This document shows positions 57,878 to 64,000 of a stretch of 64,000 nucleotides of DNA, piece by piece (positions within the stretch are counted from its first letter, which is position 1; every line of letters begins with the position of its first letter). The DNA is taken from the NCBI RefSeq assembly GCF_044324785.1, contig NZ_CP172127.1; one strand, 5' to 3'. Source of the DNA: Escherichia coli. GTDB lineage: Bacteria > Pseudomonadota > Gammaproteobacteria > Enterobacterales > Enterobacteriaceae. The notes beneath the pieces are model-generated. The model had not been told where the DNA came from and ran no database searches. It worked only from the letters and a program-made list of their open reading frames with translations. A program made the position numbers and the translations under genes.

Positions 57878-58782
57878 TTTCCGCTTCGCTGCAACAACGT
57901 AAAACTCGCACCCGCCGCAGCATGTTGTTTGTGCCTGGTGCCAATGCCGCGATGGTCAGTAACTCATTCATCTACCCGGCTGATGCCCTGATGTTTGACC
58001 TCGAAGACTCCGTGGCATTGCGTGAAAAAGACACAGCCCGCCGCATGGTTTACCACGCGCTGCAACATCCGCTGTATCGCGATATTGAAACCATTGTGCG
58101 TGTCAACGCGCTGGATTCCGAATGGGGTGTCAACGACCTGGAAGCCGTCGTTCGCGGTGGTGCGGACGTTGTGCGTCTGCCGAAAACCGATACCGCTCAG
58201 GATGTTCTGGATATCGAAAAAGAGATCCTGCGTATCGAAAAAGCCTGTGGTCGTGAACCCGGCAGCACCGGCCTGCTGGCGGCGATTGAATCTCCGCTGG
58301 GCATTACCCGCGCAGTGGAAATCGCTCACGCTTCCGAGCGTTTGATCGGTATCGCCCTCGGTGCAGAAGACTATGTGCGCAACCTGCGTACAGAACGCTC
58401 CCCGGAAGGAACTGAACTGCTGTTCGCACGCTGTTCCATTTTGCAGGCCGCGCGCTCTGCGGGTATTCAGGCGTTCGATACCGTCTATTCCGACGCTAAT
58501 AACGAAGCCGGATTCCTGCAAGAAGCCGCCCACATCAAACAGCTGGGCTTTGACGGCAAATCGCTGATCAACCCGCGTCAGATTGATCTGCTGCACAACC
58601 TCTACGCACCGACCCAGAAAGAAGTGGATCACGCCCGCCGCGTCGTAGAAGCCGCTGAAGCCGCCGCTCGCGAAGGCCTCGGCGTGGTTTCCCTGAACGG
58701 CAAGATGGTGGACGGTCCGGTTATCGATCGCGCCCGTCTGGTGCTCTCCCGCGCAGAACTTTCCGGCATCCGCGAAGAATAA
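57874..58782 (+). CDS. citE: Citrate lyase beta subunit (citryl-CoA lyase)
   Basis: 302 aa from [10 protein letters not shown]; 4-nt overlap with citD. Confidence 0.94.
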
Positions 58783-58792
58783 GGCAATCAAA

Positions 58793-60325
58793 ATGACGCA
58801 GAAAATTGAACAATCTCAACGACAAGAACGGGTAGCGGCCTGGAATCGTCGCGCTGAATGCGATCTTGCCGCTTTCCAGAACTCGCCAAAGCAAACCTAC
58901 CAGGCTGAAAAAGCGCGCGATCGCAAACTGTGCGCCAACCTGGAAGAAGCGATTCGTCGCTCTGGTTTACAGGACGGCATGACTGTTTCCTTCCACCACG
59001 CTTTCCGTGGCGGTGACCTGACCGTCAATATGGTGATGGACGTCATCGCGAAGATGGGCTTTAAAAACCTGACTCTGGCCTCCAGCTCCCTGAGTGATTG
59101 CCATGCGCCGCTGGTAGAACACATTCGCCAGGGCGTGGTTACCCGCATTTATACCTCTGGCCTGCGCGGTCCACTGGCGGAAGAAATCTCCCGTGGTCTG
59201 CTGGCGGAACCGGTGCAAATCCACTCTCACGGCGGACGTGTGCATCTGGTACAGAGCGGCGAACTGGATATCGACGTGGCTTTCCTCGGCGTCCCGTCCT
59301 GTGATGAATTCGGTAATGCCAACGGCTACACCGGTAAAGCCTGCTGCGGCTCCCTCGGCTATGCAATGGTTGATGCCGACAACGCAAAACAGGTTGTGAT
59401 GCTCACTGAAGAACTGCTGCCTTATCCGCATAATCCGGCAAGCATTGAGCAAGATCAGGTTGATCTGATCGTCAAAGTTGATCGCGTTGGCGATGCCGCG
59501 AAAATCGGCGCTGGCGCGACCCGTATGACCACTAACCCGCGCGAACTGCTTATTGCCCGTAGCGCTGCAGATGTGATTGTCAACTCTGGCTACTTCAAAG
59601 AAGGTTTCTCCATGCAAACCGGCACCGGTGGCGCATCGCTGGCGGTAACCCGTTTCCTGGAAGACAAAATGCGTAGCCGCGATATTCGCGCCGACTTCGC
59701 CCTTGGCGGTATTACCGCAACGATGGTTGACCTGCACGAAAAAGGTCTGATCCGCAAACTGCTGGATGTACAGAGCTTTGACAGCCACGCGGCACAATCG
59801 CTGGCCCGTAACCCCAATCACATCGAAATCAGCGCCAACCAGTACGCTAACTGGGGTTCAAAAGGCGCATCGGTTGATCGTCTCGACGTGGTGGTACTGA
59901 GCGCGCTGGAAATTGACACCCAGTTCAACGTTAACGTGCTGACCGGCTCTGACGGCGTACTGCGTGGTGCTTCCGGTGGTCACTGCGATACCGCGATTGC
60001 CTCTGCACTTTCCATCATCGTCGCACCGCTGGTACGCGGTCGTATTCCGACTCTGGTGGATAACGTGCTGACCTGCATCACCCCGGGCTCCAGTGTCGAT
60101 ATTCTGGTCACAGACCACGGTATCGCAGTTAACCCGGCACGTCCGGAACTGGCAGAACGTCTGCAGGAAGCGGGGATCAAGGTGGTTTCTATTGAGTGGC
60201 TGCGTGAACGTGCGCGTCTGCTGACCGGTGAACCACAGCCGATTGAATTCACCGACCGCGTCGTTGCCGTTGTGCGTTACCGCGATGGCTCGGTGATCGA
60301 TGTTGTGCATCAGGTGAAGGAATAA
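58793..60325 (+). CDS. citF: Citrate lyase alpha subunit (citrate CoA-transferase)
   Basis: 510-aa ORF MTQKIEQSQRQERVAAWNRR... Confidence 0.96.
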   Translation: MTQKIEQSQRQERVAAWNRRAECDLAAFQNSPKQTYQAEKARDRKLCANLEEAIRRSGLQDGMTVSFHHAFRGGDLTVNMVMDVIAKMGFKNLTLASSSLSDCHAPLVEHIRQGVVTRIYTSGLRGPLAEEISRGLLAEPVQIHSHGGRVHLVQSGELDIDVAFLGVPSCDEFGNANGYTGKACCGSLGYAMVDADNAKQVVMLTEELLPYPHNPASIEQDQVDLIVKVDRVGDAAKIGAGATRMTTNPRELLIARSAADVIVNSGYFKEGFSMQTGTGGASLAVTRFLEDKMRSRDIRADFALGGITATMVDLHEKGLIRKLLDVQSFDSHAAQSLARNPNHIEISANQYANWGSKGASVDRLDVVVLSALEIDTQFNVNVLTGSDGVLRGASGGHCDTAIASALSIIVAPLVRGRIPTLVDNVLTCITPGSSVDILVTDHGIAVNPARPELAERLQEAGIKVVSIEWLRERARLLTGEPQPIEFTDRVVAVVRYRDGSVIDVVHQVKE

Positions 60326-60328
60326 GCC

Positions 60329-61733
<1,405 letters not shown>

Positions 61734-61783
61734 TTATTTAAGCACTTGATAAATTTGGAAATATTAATTTTCGGAGAACTCGT

Positions 61784-63247
61784 ATGTCTTTAGCAAAAGA
61801 TAATATATGGAAACTATTGGCCCCACTGGTGGTGATGGGTGTCATGTTTCTTATCCCTGTCCCCGACGGTATGCCGCCGCAGGCATGGCATTACTTCGCT
61901 GTGTTTGTGGCAATGATTGTCGGCATGATCCTCGAGCCAATTCCGGCAACAGCGATCAGTTTTATTGCGGTTACTATTTGCGTTATTGGCAGTAATTACC
62001 TGCTCTTTGATGCCAAAGAATTAGCTGCCCCAGCGTTTAATGCGCAAAAACAGGCGCTGAAATGGGGCCTGGCTGGTTTTTCCAGCACCACGGTATGGCT
62101 GGTATTTGGCGCATTTATTTTTGCATTAGGGTATGAAGTTTCCGGGTTAGGTCGTCGCATTGCCCTTTTCCTGGTGAAATTCATGGGCAAACGCACGCTG
62201 ACGTTGGGTTATGCGATTGTCATTATCGACATTCTGCTGGCACCGTTTACACCGTCCAACACCGCGCGTACTGGCGGGACCGTTTTTCCGGTCATTAAAA
62301 ACCTGCCGCCGTTGTTTAAATCATTCCCGAACGATCCGTCCGCGCGTCGTATTGGCGGCTATTTGATGTGGATGATGGTCATTAGTACCAGTCTGAGTTC
62401 GTCCATGTTTGTCACCGGTGCGGCACCAAACGTGCTGGGTCTGGAGTTCGTCAGCAAAATTGCCGGTATCCAGATTAGCTGGTTGCAGTGGTTCCTCTGC
62501 TTCCTGCCGGTTGGCGTTATCTTACTTATCATTGCGCCGTGGCTTTCCTACGTGCTTTACAAACCGGAAATCACACACAGTGAAGAAGTAGCAACCTGGG
62601 CGGGTGATGAACTAAAAACCATGGGTGCGCTGACACGCAGAGAGTGGACGCTGATTGGCCTTGTATTGCTCAGCTTAGGTTTGTGGGTATTTGGCAGTGA
62701 AGTCATTAATGCTACTGCGGTAGGTCTGCTGGCAGTTTCACTAATGCTGGCCCTGCACGTTGTGCCGTGGAAAGACATTACCCGCTATAACAGCGCATGG
62801 AACACGCTGGTCAACCTGGCAACTCTGGTTGTGATGGCTAACGGCCTGACTCGTTCTGGTTTTATTGACTGGTTCGCCGGTACCATGAGTACGCACCTGG
62901 AAGGATTCTCACCAAACGCAACGGTGATTGTACTGGTTCTGGTGTTCTACTTTGCACACTACCTGTTTGCCAGCCTGTCTGCGCACACCGCAACCATGCT
63001 GCCGGTTATTCTGGCCGTCGGTAAAGGTATTCCGGGCGTACCAATGGAACAACTGTGTATCCTGCTGGTGCTGTCTATCGGTATCATGGGCTGTCTGACG
63101 CCGTATGCAACCGGTCCTGGGGTGATTATTTACGGCTGTGGCTATGTGAAATCAAAAGATTACTGGCGTCTTGGCGCAATCTTCGGGGTGATTTACATCT
63201 CTATGTTGCTGTTGGTTGGCTGGCCGATTCTCGCCATGTGGAACTAA
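61784..63247 (+). CDS. citT: Citrate:succinate antiporter CitT (DASS family)
   Basis: 487-aa polytopic ORF. Confidence 0.95.
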   Translation: MSLAKDNIWKLLAPLVVMGVMFLIPVPDGMPPQAWHYFAVFVAMIVGMILEPIPATAISFIAVTICVIGSNYLLFDAKELAAPAFNAQKQALKWGLAGFSSTTVWLVFGAFIFALGYEVSGLGRRIALFLVKFMGKRTLTLGYAIVIIDILLAPFTPSNTARTGGTVFPVIKNLPPLFKSFPNDPSARRIGGYLMWMMVISTSLSSSMFVTGAAPNVLGLEFVSKIAGIQISWLQWFLCFLPVGVILLIIAPWLSYVLYKPEITHSEEVATWAGDELKTMGALTRREWTLIGLVLLSLGLWVFGSEVINATAVGLLAVSLMLALHVVPWKDITRYNSAWNTLVNLATLVVMANGLTRSGFIDWFAGTMSTHLEGFSPNATVIVLVLVFYFAHYLFASLSAHTATMLPVILAVGKGIPGVPMEQLCILLVLSIGIMGCLTPYATGPGVIIYGCGYVKSKDYWRLGAIFGVIYISMLLLVGWPILAMWN

Positions 63248-63278
63248 TACGTTCGCCAAACGCTGAATAAATCATCAC

Positions 63279-63312
63279 GCCCGCCAGGTAAGCCCACCTG
63301 GCGGGCTTTTTT
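63279..63312 (+). terminator. Rho-independent terminator after citT
   Basis: GCCCGCCAGG-TAAGCCCAC-CCTGGCGGGC followed by TTTTTT. Confidence 0.8.
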
Positions 63313-63360
63313 ATGATTTAATAGATAGTATTCAGTGTATGTATGAGTTCCACACCCATT

Positions 63361-64000
63361 ATGAAAGCATTCTGGCGTAACGCCGCGTTGCTCGCGGTTT
63401 CTCTGCTTCCCTTCTCTTCTGCCAACGCCGTAGCGTTGCAGGCAAAACAGTATGGCGATTTTGATCGCTATGTCCTGGCCCTCTCCTGGCAAACCGGATT
63501 TTGCCAGAGTCAACACGATCGAAATCGTAACGAACGAGATGAATGTCGCCTGCAAACCGAAACGACCAACAAAGCTGATTTTCTGACCGTACATGGTCTG
63601 TGGCCAGGATTGCCTAAATCGGTTGCTGCCCGTGGTGTTGATGAACGCCGCTGGATGCGCTTCGGTTGCGCTACTCGCCCAATCCCGAATCTACCAGAAG
63701 CGCGCGCCAGCCGAATGTGTTCATCGCCGGAAACCGGGTTATCGCTGGAAACGGCCGCTAAACTAAGTAAAGTCATGCCAGGAGCTGGCGGACGTTCCTG
63801 CCTGGAACGCTACGAATATGCCAAACACGGTGCCTGCTTTGGTTTTGATCCAGACGCATACTTCGGCACGATGGTACGCCTGAATCAAGAAATTAAAGAG
63901 AGCGAAGCCGGAAAATTCCTTGCGGATAACTACGGTAAGACAGTGAGCCGCCGTGACTTTGACGCCGCCTTTGCCAAAAGCTGGGGAAAAGAGAACGTGA
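63361..64000 (+). CDS. rna: Ribonuclease I (RNase T2 family), 5' partial: continues past window end
   Basis: ATG at 63361; translation MKAFWRNAALLAVSLLPFSSANA (signal peptide) ...FLTVHGLWPG (T2 RNase CAS I motif); no stop before window end. Confidence 0.9.
   Translation, partial: MKAFWRNAALLAVSLLPFSSANAVALQAKQYGDFDRYVLALSWQTGFCQSQHDRNRNERDECRLQTETTNKADFLTVHGLWPGLPKSVAARGVDERRWMRFGCATRPIPNLPEARASRMCSSPETGLSLETAAKLSKVMPGAGGRSCLERYEYAKHGACFGFDPDAYFGTMVRLNQEIKESEAGKFLADNYGKTVSRRDFDAAFAKSWGKENV

Overview
This window is a contiguous stretch of Escherichia coli (or very close Shigella/Escherichia) core chromosome, recognised from the translated ORFs. From memory it corresponds to the K-12 region of roughly 643-710 kb, read in reverse orientation. 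Gene order: chiQ (partial) - chiP - glnS - nagE / nagBACD - asnB - a five-gene tRNA operon (Met-Leu-Gln-Met-Gln) - ubiF - miaB-ybeZ-ybeY-corC-lnt - gltIJKL (with the SroC sRNA region) - rihA - hscC-djlC-ybeU-ybeT-djlB-ybeR-ybeQ - ybeL - leuS-lptE-holA-nadD-cobC - rsfS-rlmH-mrdA-mrdB-rlpA - dacA - ybeD-lipB - ybeF - lipA - tatE - ybeM - crcB - cspE - pagP - dcuC - dpiA/dpiB - citCDEFXG-citT - rna (partial). I found no CRISPR array, insertion sequence, integrase, prophage or obvious horizontally acquired island; essentially every long ORF maps to a known housekeeping or metabolic gene, and most other long ORFs in the six-frame track are antisense shadow ORFs. The only part that is coherent yet functionally unassigned is the hscC chaperone island (about 24.9-32.8 kb): two paralogous, translationally coupled DUF1266/J-protein gene pairs, each paired with a Sel1-repeat protein gene, next to the atypical Hsp70 HscC. 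That is the best candidate here for an under-described system, but it is an already annotated locus, not a new insertion. Smaller observations: the tRNA operon has five genes where I recall seven in K-12, ybeM is an intact ORF, and several intergenic palindromes and operator-like sites are visible. CDS coordinates follow the supplied ORF track, with starts moved to internal codons where the known protein N-terminus demanded it. Small features (operators, hairpins, REP-like repeats) were hand-counted and may be off by a few nucleotides. No database search was run; all identifications rest on recognition of the translated sequences and motifs.
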